Origin: Hyphomicrobiaceae bacterium
GTDB lineage: Bacteria; Pseudomonadota; Alphaproteobacteria; Rhizobiales; Hyphomicrobiaceae
Direction of reading: 5' to 3'
DNA: 64,000 nucleotides
Assembly (NCBI GenBank): GCA_051010015.1
Contig: JBPCVZ010000098.1
Location: 7,587-71,586 of the forward strand
In this document: positions 1-8,562 of the stretch, in pieces
Layout: every line of letters begins with the position of its first letter
Position numbering within the stretch: the stretch's first letter is position 1
Notes under the pieces: model-generated
Databases searched by the model: none
Seen by the model: only the letters and a program-made list of their open reading frames with translations
Told to the model about the DNA's origin: nothing
Translations under genes and position numbers: made by a program

Positions 1-255
1 CGCGTTCAGCCGCCGACCATCGAGCGCGCGCCGACCGGAGAGAAACCGCGCGTCGATGGCGTCAGGCGGGCTGCTCTGGATTGCGATGAGATGCACGACG
101 TGCCGGTATTCCGGCGCGAAGCATTGTGCGCCGGGCACAACATCACCGGTCCGGCGATCGTCGACCAGCTCGACTCGACGGTCTGCATACTCGAAGGGCA
201 GCGCGCACGTGTTGATGATTACGCCAACCTGGTCGTCGAGGAGGCAGCAGCATGA
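1..255 (+). CDS. Hydantoinase/oxoprolinase family protein, HyuA-type subunit (3' fragment; gene begins left of the window)
   Basis: Frame 1 is open from the window edge to TGA 253-255. The tail ...DVPVFRREALCAGHNITGPAIVDQLDSTVCILEGQRARVDDYANLVV resembles HyuA/OplA C-termini. The stop overlaps the ATG of the next gene (ATGA at 252-255). Confidence 0.7.
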   Translation, partial: RVQPPTIERAPTGEKPRVDGVRRAALDCDEMHDVPVFRREALCAGHNITGPAIVDQLDSTVCILEGQRARVDDYANLVVEEAAA

Positions 256-2045
256 CCGACCGTCAACACGCAACCGCCGCGGCGGCGGCATCGGAGCTCA
301 TCGCGCAGGAACTGATCAAGGGCAGCCTGAATGCTGCCCGGCAGGAGATGGAGGCGCTCATCGCGCGCACGGCGATGTCGCCGTTCATTCGCGAAAAGAA
401 GGACTATTTCACCGCATTCCTGGATCGCAACGGCCAACTCGTCGTCTCGACCGGCATCACGCTCGCCGGTAATCTTGTCGATGCCGTCCTCGAACACTAC
501 CCCGCCGACACCATGCGCGATGGTGACCTCTACTGGTACAACGATGTTTACGGCACGAATGGCGCCGTTACCCAGACCAACGACACGGTGTTCTTGATGC
601 CGGTCTTCGACGGCGACCGGCTTGTCGCGTTTTCAGAAGCCTGGGGTCACCTGTGGGATGTCGGTGGCACGTTTGCCGGTTCGGTCAGTCCGAACACGAC
701 CAGTATCTTTCATGAAGGAATCATGATTCCGCCCGTCCGGGTTCTGCGCGACGGCATTCTCAACGAGGAAGTGGTGCGGATCTACGCACGCAATTCACGG
801 TTCCCGGACATTATGAAAGGCGACCTCAATGCGTTGATGGCTGCATGCAAGCTCGGCAAGCGGCGCCTCGAGGAACTCCTGGCACGACACGGCGCGCCTG
901 CCGTGGAACGCAGTTTTGAGATCATGCTGCGCGAGTCGGAAACGATCCTGCGCGACAAGATTTCCGAGATCCCGAACGGGACTTGGCAGTTCCAGGATTG
1001 GATCGATTCCGATGCTGTCACCGACCAGTCGTATCAAGTCAATATCCGTCTGACGAAAGGCGATGACGGGCTTGCGGTCGATCTCAGCGGTTCTTCGGAT
1101 CAGGCGACGGGGCCGATCAATTTCGTGATGGACGACAGCGTCGTTGCACATATGACCGGGCTCTATCTGACACGCGATGAACCGGCCGTGCTTATGAATG
1201 CCGGTTTTGGACGGGCGATCGAGCGCGTGACCAAACGGCCGGGAAGCATCGTGTGGCCGGACTTCCCGGCTCCGGTGGGGCTGCGTTCGCACACGATGAT
1301 ACGGGTCGCGACCGCATTACAGGGCGTCCTGGCGCTGGCGACCAACGGCAATGCTTCGGCGGCCTCGTGCGTCTATGTCCTCTATTATCTGCGCGGTGCG
1401 GCGAACTCCGGTGCGCTCAAGTTCTGCGTCGAAGGGCTCTCGGTTGGGTATGGTGCGCGCCCGACAGCCGATGGCATCGATGCCGTCTACTTCGTTGCGC
1501 AGGAAAACTATCCTGTCGAGTTTGCCGAAATGGAGTTCGGCATCGAGATCGAGCAATTTGGGCTTCACAAGGATTCCGGTGGGCCCGGGCGCTATCGCGG
1601 CGGCTGCGGGATCGTCCGTGACATCCGCATCGGGCTTGATGAAGCGGTGCTGGGCGTACGCATGGACAACTGCCGTTACCCCGCATTTGGCGTGAACGGC
1701 GGTAGGGCCGGCCGGGCGGGAAGTATCGTCGTCAATCCGGGCTCGGCTAACGAGCGTGTTCTGCCAACGATGGGCGATGCGATTACCGTGCGGAAGGGCG
1801 ACCTCCTGCGCATGATAACGCCAGGCGGTGGCGGCTGGGGATCGCCCTTGGACCGGCCCGCCGACGATGTCCTTGGTGATGTGCTCGATGGATTCGTCTC
1901 GCCACAGAGTGCGCGCGATGGCTACGGTGTCGTCTTATGCGATGCGGATCGCAAGGTCGACGATGCGGCAACCGCGCAGCGCCGCTCGGCGATGTCACGC
2001 CACACGACGATGTTCGATCAACGGGAAGCTGTCAGGTCAGATTGA
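252..2045 (+). CDS. Hydantoinase B/oxoprolinase family protein (HyuB-type subunit)
   Basis: 597-aa ORF. N-terminal ...ELIKGSLNAARQEMEALIARTAMSPFIREKKDYFTAFLD and C-terminal GGGGWGSPLDRPADDVLGDVLDGFVSPQSARDGYGVV are typical HyuB signatures. Translationally coupled to the HyuA fragment. Confidence 0.9.
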   Translation: MTDRQHATAAAAASELIAQELIKGSLNAARQEMEALIARTAMSPFIREKKDYFTAFLDRNGQLVVSTGITLAGNLVDAVLEHYPADTMRDGDLYWYNDVYGTNGAVTQTNDTVFLMPVFDGDRLVAFSEAWGHLWDVGGTFAGSVSPNTTSIFHEGIMIPPVRVLRDGILNEEVVRIYARNSRFPDIMKGDLNALMAACKLGKRRLEELLARHGAPAVERSFEIMLRESETILRDKISEIPNGTWQFQDWIDSDAVTDQSYQVNIRLTKGDDGLAVDLSGSSDQATGPINFVMDDSVVAHMTGLYLTRDEPAVLMNAGFGRAIERVTKRPGSIVWPDFPAPVGLRSHTMIRVATALQGVLALATNGNASAASCVYVLYYLRGAANSGALKFCVEGLSVGYGARPTADGIDAVYFVAQENYPVEFAEMEFGIEIEQFGLHKDSGGPGRYRGGCGIVRDIRIGLDEAVLGVRMDNCRYPAFGVNGGRAGRAGSIVVNPGSANERVLPTMGDAITVRKGDLLRMITPGGGGWGSPLDRPADDVLGDVLDGFVSPQSARDGYGVVLCDADRKVDDAATAQRRSAMSRHTTMFDQREAVRSD

Positions 2046-2253
2046 CTCGCAACAACGAGTTGACGAGCAAGCAATTCAAGGATGAAGTCTGACCTGTCAG
2101 GCGATGCGTTCTGTGCGGGTCAGGCAATGTAACACTGGTCGGTACGCCCTAGTCCGAGGCGCCGCAATCGCTTCTTGGCGCAAAGTGGCTATACGGGGCC
2201 ATCTGTACAGTCTGTCGCCTCGGCCGACGCATCGGACGGAAGCAGCATCGGCT

Positions 2254-3240
2254 TCACTGTGGGTTCTCCGAGCGTCGGCGAAGTTCTCGCGGTGACAATC
2301 CGAACTGCAGCCTGAACGCCCGGCTCATTGCACCCGGATTTTGATACCCTGTCCGTACTGCAATCTCTGCGACGGGCAGGTGCGTGTTTTCCAGCAGGCG
2401 TCGTGCTGACGCGAGCCGGAGATGCTGGTAGATCTGAACGGGCGAGGCTGCAAATTCTCGTCGAAATTCCCGCTCAAGTTGCTTTTGGGTCGTTGCGACA
2501 TGGTCAGCGATGTCACGGATCGTCAGCGGCTTTTCTATTGCAGCCTGCATGACTGTGAGTGCATGAGCGGTTTTGCGAGACTTGGGAATGTAGGGAGCAA
2601 CGGAAGTCGCTCGTGTCGAATTCTGCATGAAGAGTGCCCCAACATCGAGGCTCAACGACTGGCCTGCGGTTCTAGAGATCAGGTAATGCGCAAGATCAAG
2701 TGTGGTCGAGGCGCCGCCGCACGTAATCACGTCGCCGTCAATGACGAAACTCTTCTGCACAAATGTCGTCGCAAGAAACTGCTCCGAAAACACATCGGCC
2801 ACATCCCAATGGATTGTCGCACTGCGCCCGTCGAGGAGCCCAGCGCCAGCGAGAAGCCAGGCGCCGGTGTCGAGACCAACGATTGTGTCTGCGGTCTGAG
2901 CCGCCTTGCGCAGAAGCCGCCGGGTCGCTCTTGTGTCAAGGTCTTTGTAGCCGTAACTCGAGACGACAAACAGCAGGCCATCGCGGCGCTGCGACGCTAT
3001 CGTGGCGTCAACTGCGATCTGCAAACCACTCGACGAAGTGACCGTCCCGCCGTCGATTGCGAGGGTTTGCCAATTAAACACTTTTCGGCGTGCAATGTCG
3101 TTTGCAGCCCGGAACGGCTCCAGCAGGTTGGCAAGACAGTAATTGGAGAACCGGTCAAACAGGAGGATATCGACTGGTACTGCCCAATCACTCACGGTTG
3201 ACCATCTCTGCGTAATTTTTGTCGATCCATGCACAGTCAT
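2254..3240 (-). CDS. cdhR: GlxA-family AraC-type transcriptional regulator (DJ-1/PfpI-like domain + HTH_AraC), CdhR-like
   Basis: N-terminal DJ-1/PfpI-like part (VDILLFDRFSNYCLANLLEPFRAAN...) and C-terminal AraC HTH (IRDIADHVATTQKQLEREFRREF...YQNPGAMSRAFRLQFGLSPRELRRR). Divergent from the BKACE/carnitine dehydrogenase genes, as cdhR is from cdhCAB in Pseudomonas. Start trimmed to ATG 3240 (MTVHGST...) because the longer ORF would overlap the divergent gene. Confidence 0.75.
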   Translation of the reverse strand: MTVHGSTKITQRWSTVSDWAVPVDILLFDRFSNYCLANLLEPFRAANDIARRKVFNWQTLAIDGGTVTSSSGLQIAVDATIASQRRDGLLFVVSSYGYKDLDTRATRRLLRKAAQTADTIVGLDTGAWLLAGAGLLDGRSATIHWDVADVFSEQFLATTFVQKSFVIDGDVITCGGASTTLDLAHYLISRTAGQSLSLDVGALFMQNSTRATSVAPYIPKSRKTAHALTVMQAAIEKPLTIRDIADHVATTQKQLEREFRREFAASPVQIYQHLRLASARRLLENTHLPVAEIAVRTGYQNPGAMSRAFRLQFGLSPRELRRRSENPQ

Positions 3241-3295
3241 TGTTGCGAAGTTCGCTAAGTTCCACCGATTGGTCAATGCTTCGCGGTGATGCCTT

Positions 3296-4204
3296 ATGCC
3301 CCTTGTCATGAACAGCGATGTATTCATCACTTGTGCCGTCACGGGCTCAGGTGGGACTCAGGATCGTAGTCCGCACGTGCCGCGTTCCCCGGCCGAGATT
3401 GCCCAAAGCGCAATCGCGGCGGCGAAGGCGGGCGCGGCCATCGTCCACTGTCATGTTCGAGATCCAGAAACCGGCACGCCGTCGCGCGATCCCAAGCTTT
3501 ACCGCGAATTGACTGAGCGCATTCGTGACTCACACGTCGACGTCGTTCTAAATTTAACGGCGGGAATGGGCGGCGATCTTGTCTTCGGATCGCCGTCGGC
3601 GCCGCTGCCGTTGACTGAAGCGACCGACATGGTTGGTGCTGAAGAACGTCTGGTCCATGTCGCAGAGTGCCAGCCGGAAATCTGCACGCTTGATTGCGGC
3701 ACTATGAATTTCGCGGAAGCGGACTACGTCATGACCAACACACCGGGCATGCTTCGGGCGATGGGTCGGCAAATCACGGAGCTGGGCGTGCGACCCGAAA
3801 TCGAAGCGTTCGATACCGGCCATCTATGGTTGGCCAAGCAATTGGTCAGTGATGGTGTGCTCGCAAGCCCGGCACTTGTTCAATTGTGCATGGGTATTCC
3901 CTGGGGGGCACCGGACGACCTCAACACGTTCCTGGCAATGGTCAACAATGTGCCCCGGGATTGGGTCTGGTCAGGATTTTCGATTGGGCGCAACCAGCTT
4001 CCTTACGTTGCCGCAGCGGTGCTTGCCGGGGGGAATGTCCGTGTCGGCCTGGAGGACAATCTCTGGTTGGCCAAGGGGGAACTCGCGACCAACGAGGCGC
4101 TGGTGGAACGGGCAGTCACGATTGTCGAGGCGATGGGTGCAAACATCGTGCGACCAGCCGCGGTGCGGGAAAAACTCTGCCTGAGGAAACGGGCACCACG
4201 ATGA
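3296..4204 (+). CDS. cdhC: BKACE family (3-keto-5-aminohexanoate cleavage enzyme / DUF849) protein; probable 3-dehydrocarnitine cleavage enzyme
   Basis: FITCAVTGSGGTQDRSPHVPRSPAEIAQSAIAAAKAGAAIVHCHVRDPETG is the classic BKACE N-terminus. Stop overlaps the ATG of the carnitine dehydrogenase gene (ATGA at 4201-4204). Alternative start ATG 3308 (MNSDVF...). Confidence 0.85.
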   Translation: MPLVMNSDVFITCAVTGSGGTQDRSPHVPRSPAEIAQSAIAAAKAGAAIVHCHVRDPETGTPSRDPKLYRELTERIRDSHVDVVLNLTAGMGGDLVFGSPSAPLPLTEATDMVGAEERLVHVAECQPEICTLDCGTMNFAEADYVMTNTPGMLRAMGRQITELGVRPEIEAFDTGHLWLAKQLVSDGVLASPALVQLCMGIPWGAPDDLNTFLAMVNNVPRDWVWSGFSIGRNQLPYVAAAVLAGGNVRVGLEDNLWLAKGELATNEALVERAVTIVEAMGANIVRPAAVREKLCLRKRAPR

Positions 4205-5619
4205 AGAAATGCGCAGCCATCATTGGCGGTGGAGTGATTGGTGCAGGCTGGGCGGCCCGCTTCCTACTTATGGGTTGGGACGTTGGGATCTTCGATCCCG
4301 ATCCGGACGCAGAACGCAAAGTCCGCGAGGTCATATCAAACGCGCGGCGTTCGCTTCCCGGACTCTATGACACCGCTCTTCCCAACGAAGGCAGGCTTTG
4401 TTTTTACACGAGCATCTCGGATGCTGTCCGGGAGGCGATCTGGGTGCAGGAGAGTTGCCCTGAACAGATTGAGATCAAGCATCGCATACTACGTGAGATC
4501 CAGGCAGCCAGCAGGGTCGATGCCGTTGTCGCATCCTCTACCTCTGGCATTCGCCCTAGCCAATTGCAGCAAGGCTCCGAACGGCCCGATCAGATCATCG
4601 TCGCGCATCCCTTCAACCCTGTTTATTTGTTGCCGGTAGTCGAACTGGTCGGAACGGAGTGCACCGTGCAGCAGGCGCATGCAATCATGGGCCAAGTCGG
4701 TATGAAGCCTATACATGTTCGTCGTGAGATCGACGCGCACATTGCTGACAGGTTGCTGGAAGCCGTCTGGCGGGAAGCGCTCTGGTTGGTCAATGATGGC
4801 ATCGCGACGACAGCTGAAATCGATGACGCTATCCGGTTCGGTTTCGGGTTGCGCTGGGCACAGATGGGCCTTTTCGAAACCTATCGCATTGCTGGCGGAG
4901 AAGCCGGCATGGCGCACTTCATCAGCCAATTCGGCCCGGCTCTCAAGTGGCCCTGGTGCAAGTTGGTCGATGTGCCAGAACTCACGGACGAACTTGTCGG
5001 TAAAATAGCGCGCCAGTCAGACGAGCAATCGGGCCACTATTCGGTTCGTGAACTCGAACGCATCCGCGATGACAACCTCGTTGCGCTAATGCGCGCCTTG
5101 AAGGGAAGGAACTGGGGTGCGGGTAGCCATTTGAATGAATCCGATAGGTTGTTGGCCACGCCCGTTGGCGCGGCCGAACGCGGTGCTCTTCGCACGGTGG
5201 ATCGCACCGTCCCGGTCGATTGGGTCGATTACAATCGGCACATGAATGAGGGTCGCTACGGCCAGGTATTCTCTGATGCTGCAGACAGCGTACTCGATCG
5301 TATCGGAGCGGATGCCGCCTACACAAAGAACGGCAACAGTTTCTTCACAGTCGAGACGCACACCCAGTATCTGCACGAAACGTGCGCCGGCATGCGCGTG
5401 TGGGTGGACACTTTCGTTCGCCAAGCGACTGGCAAAAAGCTGATCCTGCATCATGAGATGTACGGCGATGGTGTCAGTGGCTTGCTCGCGAGCTGCGATC
5501 AGACACTCGTCCATGTCAGCCTGGAGACTCGACGCGCGTGCGAACCGGACGCCGAAGTCAGCCGAAACATGGAGGTGTTGGCTGTGCAACACGCTGCGTC
5601 GAACAGTGGTCAGGGCTAG
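4201..5619 (+). CDS. lcdH: L-carnitine dehydrogenase (3-hydroxyacyl-CoA dehydrogenase fold) fused to a C-terminal 4HBT-type thioesterase domain
   Basis: MKKCAAIIGGGVIGAGWAARFLLMGWDV Rossmann N-terminus plus HADH C-terminal domain. The last ~150 aa (VPVDWVDYNRHMNEGRYGQVF...FFTVETHTQYLHE) look like a hotdog thioesterase (CdhB equivalent). The 577-aa track ORF is trimmed to ATG 4201 because its first 105 aa overlap the BKACE gene out of frame. Confidence 0.85.
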   Translation: MKKCAAIIGGGVIGAGWAARFLLMGWDVGIFDPDPDAERKVREVISNARRSLPGLYDTALPNEGRLCFYTSISDAVREAIWVQESCPEQIEIKHRILREIQAASRVDAVVASSTSGIRPSQLQQGSERPDQIIVAHPFNPVYLLPVVELVGTECTVQQAHAIMGQVGMKPIHVRREIDAHIADRLLEAVWREALWLVNDGIATTAEIDDAIRFGFGLRWAQMGLFETYRIAGGEAGMAHFISQFGPALKWPWCKLVDVPELTDELVGKIARQSDEQSGHYSVRELERIRDDNLVALMRALKGRNWGAGSHLNESDRLLATPVGAAERGALRTVDRTVPVDWVDYNRHMNEGRYGQVFSDAADSVLDRIGADAAYTKNGNSFFTVETHTQYLHETCAGMRVWVDTFVRQATGKKLILHHEMYGDGVSGLLASCDQTLVHVSLETRRACEPDAEVSRNMEVLAVQHAASNSGQG

Positions 5620-5678
5620 TCCGAACCTGCCTCGGCCGGCCAGGATCGTACCTTGACACAGAAAGATGGAAGCCAGAC

Positions 5679-6866
5679 ATGACAACAGATGCACTGCCAT
5701 GGACGCCGGATTTCGAGAGCTACGCGATCGTACATCATCTTAAGGCGGTCGCACTCGATGGTGATGCCGTGCAAGTGCGCTGGAGCGATGGCAAGCAGAG
5801 CCAACACTACGCTTTGTGGTTGCGCGAAAACAGCCCGGATCCACAGACGATCCATCCGTTGTCTCGGGAGATGCTGCTCGATCCGCTGGATATTCCTTCC
5901 GACATTGCACCCGCCGAAGCGAGCGTTGCAGATAACGGCTCGCTTCAGGTCGTTTGGTCCCACGGTGGATTGGTCAGTGCTTACCACCCCGGCTGGCTGC
6001 GGGCGCATGCCTGTTTTGAGGATGACTGGACGGCGGTTCAACCGTCCACCACTGTGGTGACGTGGCACGCTGCATCACTCAGTGAGCCGCCAACGTTCAA
6101 TGGTGCCGATGCGCTGAGGAACGAGTCGGTTTATTTGCAGTGGCTGGAGGCTCTGCATGATTATGGTTTGGCCCGACTTGAAGGTTTGCCGCTTGGCCAG
6201 GGCACCCTGGCAGAAGTCGTGGAACGGATCGGCCCGATGCGTGAAACCAATTTCGGGCGGACGTTTGACGTTGTGGTAACGGCTGATCCAAACTCGAATG
6301 CCTACACAACGGCGGCGCTCGTTCAGCACATGGATCTCGCCACGCGCGAGTTGCCACCGGGCTTGCAATATTTGCTATGTCGAGAGAATTCAACCAGTGG
6401 CGGCGAAGGTATTTATACGGACGGGTTTCGCATTGCTGCCGATATGCAAGCCGACGACCCGGAGCATTTCGAGGCACTCCAGTCGATTTCGTGGGAGTTC
6501 AAGAACCGCGCCAAAGACTGTGACTACCGCGCGGTTGGGCCGGTTTTTTCCCATGATGCGAATGGTACCATTACAGCAGTACGCTATACGCCCTGGCTGC
6601 GTGCCCCGCTCAAAGCGCCGATCAAGGAACAGAGGCGGGCCTACGCGGCCATCCGAGCCTTCATGGCCCGCAATCGCGATCCGAAATATCAGGTGCGCTT
6701 GACTTATAGAGCCGGTGACCTGCTCGCCTTCGACAACCGTCGAGTATTGCATGGCAGAGCCAGCTATGACTCCAACGTCGGCAATCGCCACCTTCACGGC
6801 TGCTATTTGGACCGAGACGACCTACTGTCCTGCATCCGAATGTTGCGGAGGCGGAACGCATTCTAG
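5679..6866 (+). CDS. Gamma-butyrobetaine dioxygenase-like Fe(II)/2-oxoglutarate oxygenase (DUF971 N-domain + TauD/TfdA domain)
   Basis: N-terminal VQVRWSDGKQSQHYALWLRENSPD (DUF971-like). HxD in LVQHMDLATRELPPGLQYLLC and distal His in AFDNRRVLHGR form a facial triad. Start trimmed to ATG 5679 (MTTDALPW..., GGAAG 8 nt upstream). Confidence 0.8.
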   Translation: MTTDALPWTPDFESYAIVHHLKAVALDGDAVQVRWSDGKQSQHYALWLRENSPDPQTIHPLSREMLLDPLDIPSDIAPAEASVADNGSLQVVWSHGGLVSAYHPGWLRAHACFEDDWTAVQPSTTVVTWHAASLSEPPTFNGADALRNESVYLQWLEALHDYGLARLEGLPLGQGTLAEVVERIGPMRETNFGRTFDVVVTADPNSNAYTTAALVQHMDLATRELPPGLQYLLCRENSTSGGEGIYTDGFRIAADMQADDPEHFEALQSISWEFKNRAKDCDYRAVGPVFSHDANGTITAVRYTPWLRAPLKAPIKEQRRAYAAIRAFMARNRDPKYQVRLTYRAGDLLAFDNRRVLHGRASYDSNVGNRHLHGCYLDRDDLLSCIRMLRRRNAF

Positions 6867-6918
6867 CTGATGATACACTAGGTCTGACCTTGCGGCACCG
6901 ACCGGTGGAGCAATCCAC

Positions 6919-7890
6919 CTACTGCGCGCCGCTGACGCCCAGTTCGTTGAGCCATCGTCGATAAACAACCGACAGCTTATCGGCACGAACGTGGAGTTCT
7001 TGGCGCAAAGCCTCCGGAATCATCGCCGGTCGCTGACTGTTGACGATCGGCACGTCCTCGCCGAACACGTCGTTGTTGCGTGCCGAGATCCGAGCCTCAC
7101 CGTCTTCCTTGTCAAAATTGGCACTGGTAAGGACCCACATTAGCGTTACGTCATCCTCTACCGGCGTCACCGGCATGAAGTGGGAAAAGCACCGCTGCGC
7201 GTCAAAGGATTTCATGAGATAGGGCATGAAGGGCCGCGGAATCCAGAACCGATACGTACTCTCGACAGGCTGTCGCCGATGATCGCCAGCCGGCTGTGAC
7301 ACCTTGATCGGGCCGGCGCGCAAACCATCGTTGGTCTGTTCGACATCATAGACCTCGATCGGGTCGGGTGCGCCGGCCTGCCCCAGCATCGCATCATGGA
7401 CGAACGGGAAATGCGAAACGTCAATGACGTTCTCAACCGCCCGTGGCGCGCTCGCCTCGAAAGTATAGGGCCCAGTGAAAACCTTGAGAAAGTTGTCGTC
7501 CTCCCATTCAGGATGCGCTGGCACCTCGTTCGTCGGTTCGCCAAGACAAACCCAAATGAAGCCGCTTTGCTCGCAGCAATGGTAAGCTTGCGCCCGCGCC
7601 CGACTTGGAATTGGATCACTCGGTTGCGCTGGCATTAGCGTGCAGCGCCCTTCGTTGTTATAGCGCCAGCCATGGTAGGGACAAACGAGTTCGTTCTCGT
7701 GAACGTGGCCAAGCGACAGACGCGCGCCGCGATGAATGCAAAGGTCCAGCCATGCCATCGCCTCGCCGCCGCTGCGCCACAGGACGAGATCCTGCCCAAG
7801 CAGGCGAACCCTATGGACATTGCCGTCAGCCAGGTCCTTTGAACGGTATACGACATGCCATTCATTTCGGAGAACATCGCTTTCGATCAT
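6919..7890 (-). CDS. Rieske [2Fe-2S] non-haem iron oxygenase, alpha-subunit type
   Basis: Rieske motif CIHRGARLSLGHV...LVCPYHGWRY. Catalytic-domain His pair in VIDVSHFPFVHD. Start set to ATG 7890 (MIESDVL...) preceded by GGAAGG 7 nt upstream. Confidence 0.85.
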   Translation of the reverse strand: MIESDVLRNEWHVVYRSKDLADGNVHRVRLLGQDLVLWRSGGEAMAWLDLCIHRGARLSLGHVHENELVCPYHGWRYNNEGRCTLMPAQPSDPIPSRARAQAYHCCEQSGFIWVCLGEPTNEVPAHPEWEDDNFLKVFTGPYTFEASAPRAVENVIDVSHFPFVHDAMLGQAGAPDPIEVYDVEQTNDGLRAGPIKVSQPAGDHRRQPVESTYRFWIPRPFMPYLMKSFDAQRCFSHFMPVTPVEDDVTLMWVLTSANFDKEDGEARISARNNDVFGEDVPIVNSQRPAMIPEALRQELHVRADKLSVVYRRWLNELGVSGAQ

Positions 7891-7953
7891 CGTGCCGCCT
7901 TCCCCATGCATACATGCTCACACCGCGTCTTGTGACATCGGCATTGGCGCCCG

Positions 7954-8349
7954 TCAGAGAAAACGTCCACCGCGTTCGAGCACTTCGATTTCGTAGCCGT
8001 CTGGATCCGCAAGGAAAAAGAAACGGGCGATACGCTCGCCTTCCGGCGCGAATTCGACGATCTTTCTCGGAGCCAGACCAAGTTGAACAAGGCGCGCGTG
8101 CTCGCTTTCGAGGTCATCAACGGAGACGGCGAGATGGCCATATCCATCACCTAACTGATAGGGGTCGGATCGGCCCTTGTTGACGGTCAGTTCTAACTCG
8201 AAACCTGTTTCAGGATTACTCATGTAGACAAGTCGAAACGTCTCAAAATCGAGCGTGTCCGCCACTGTGAGGCCGAACGCCTTGCTGTAGAAATCCACAG
8301 ATCGCTCGTCGTCGAGTACGCGGATCATCGAATGAATCAACTTTGCCAT
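7954..8349 (-). CDS. gloA: VOC family protein / lactoylglutathione lyase (glyoxalase I)
   Basis: MAKLIHSMIRVLDDERSVDFYSKAFGL...GYGHLAVSVDD...LADPDGYEIEVLE aligns by eye along its full length with E. coli GloA. Start ambiguous between 8349, 8352 and 8364. Confidence 0.75.
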   Translation of the reverse strand: MAKLIHSMIRVLDDERSVDFYSKAFGLTVADTLDFETFRLVYMSNPETGFELELTVNKGRSDPYQLGDGYGHLAVSVDDLESEHARLVQLGLAPRKIVEFAPEGERIARFFFLADPDGYEIEVLERGGRFL

Positions 8350-8562
8350 CATCGCCTCACTCATCAATTGGGCTGCCGAGCACTTTCTGACCAGCCTTCT
8401 CGATCGCATCGATCCTGGTCTTGCCTTCAGAGCGCCAGTGTAAGACCATACGCACTCTTCTGCGAAGTCGAAACCTCATCCAATCGCAACGATAGCCTGG
8501 GCGAGCGCAGATGAATACCGGGTAGGTCGGGCAATTGAACGAATTGGTCGGGAGACGTTCAC

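Noticed and set aside
3886-4200. Upstream part of the 577-aa ORF 3886-5619 (Gly/Arg/Cys-rich).
   Set aside because: It overlaps the BKACE gene in another frame. The carnitine dehydrogenase Rossmann motif starts right after ATG 4201, which is coupled to the BKACE stop.
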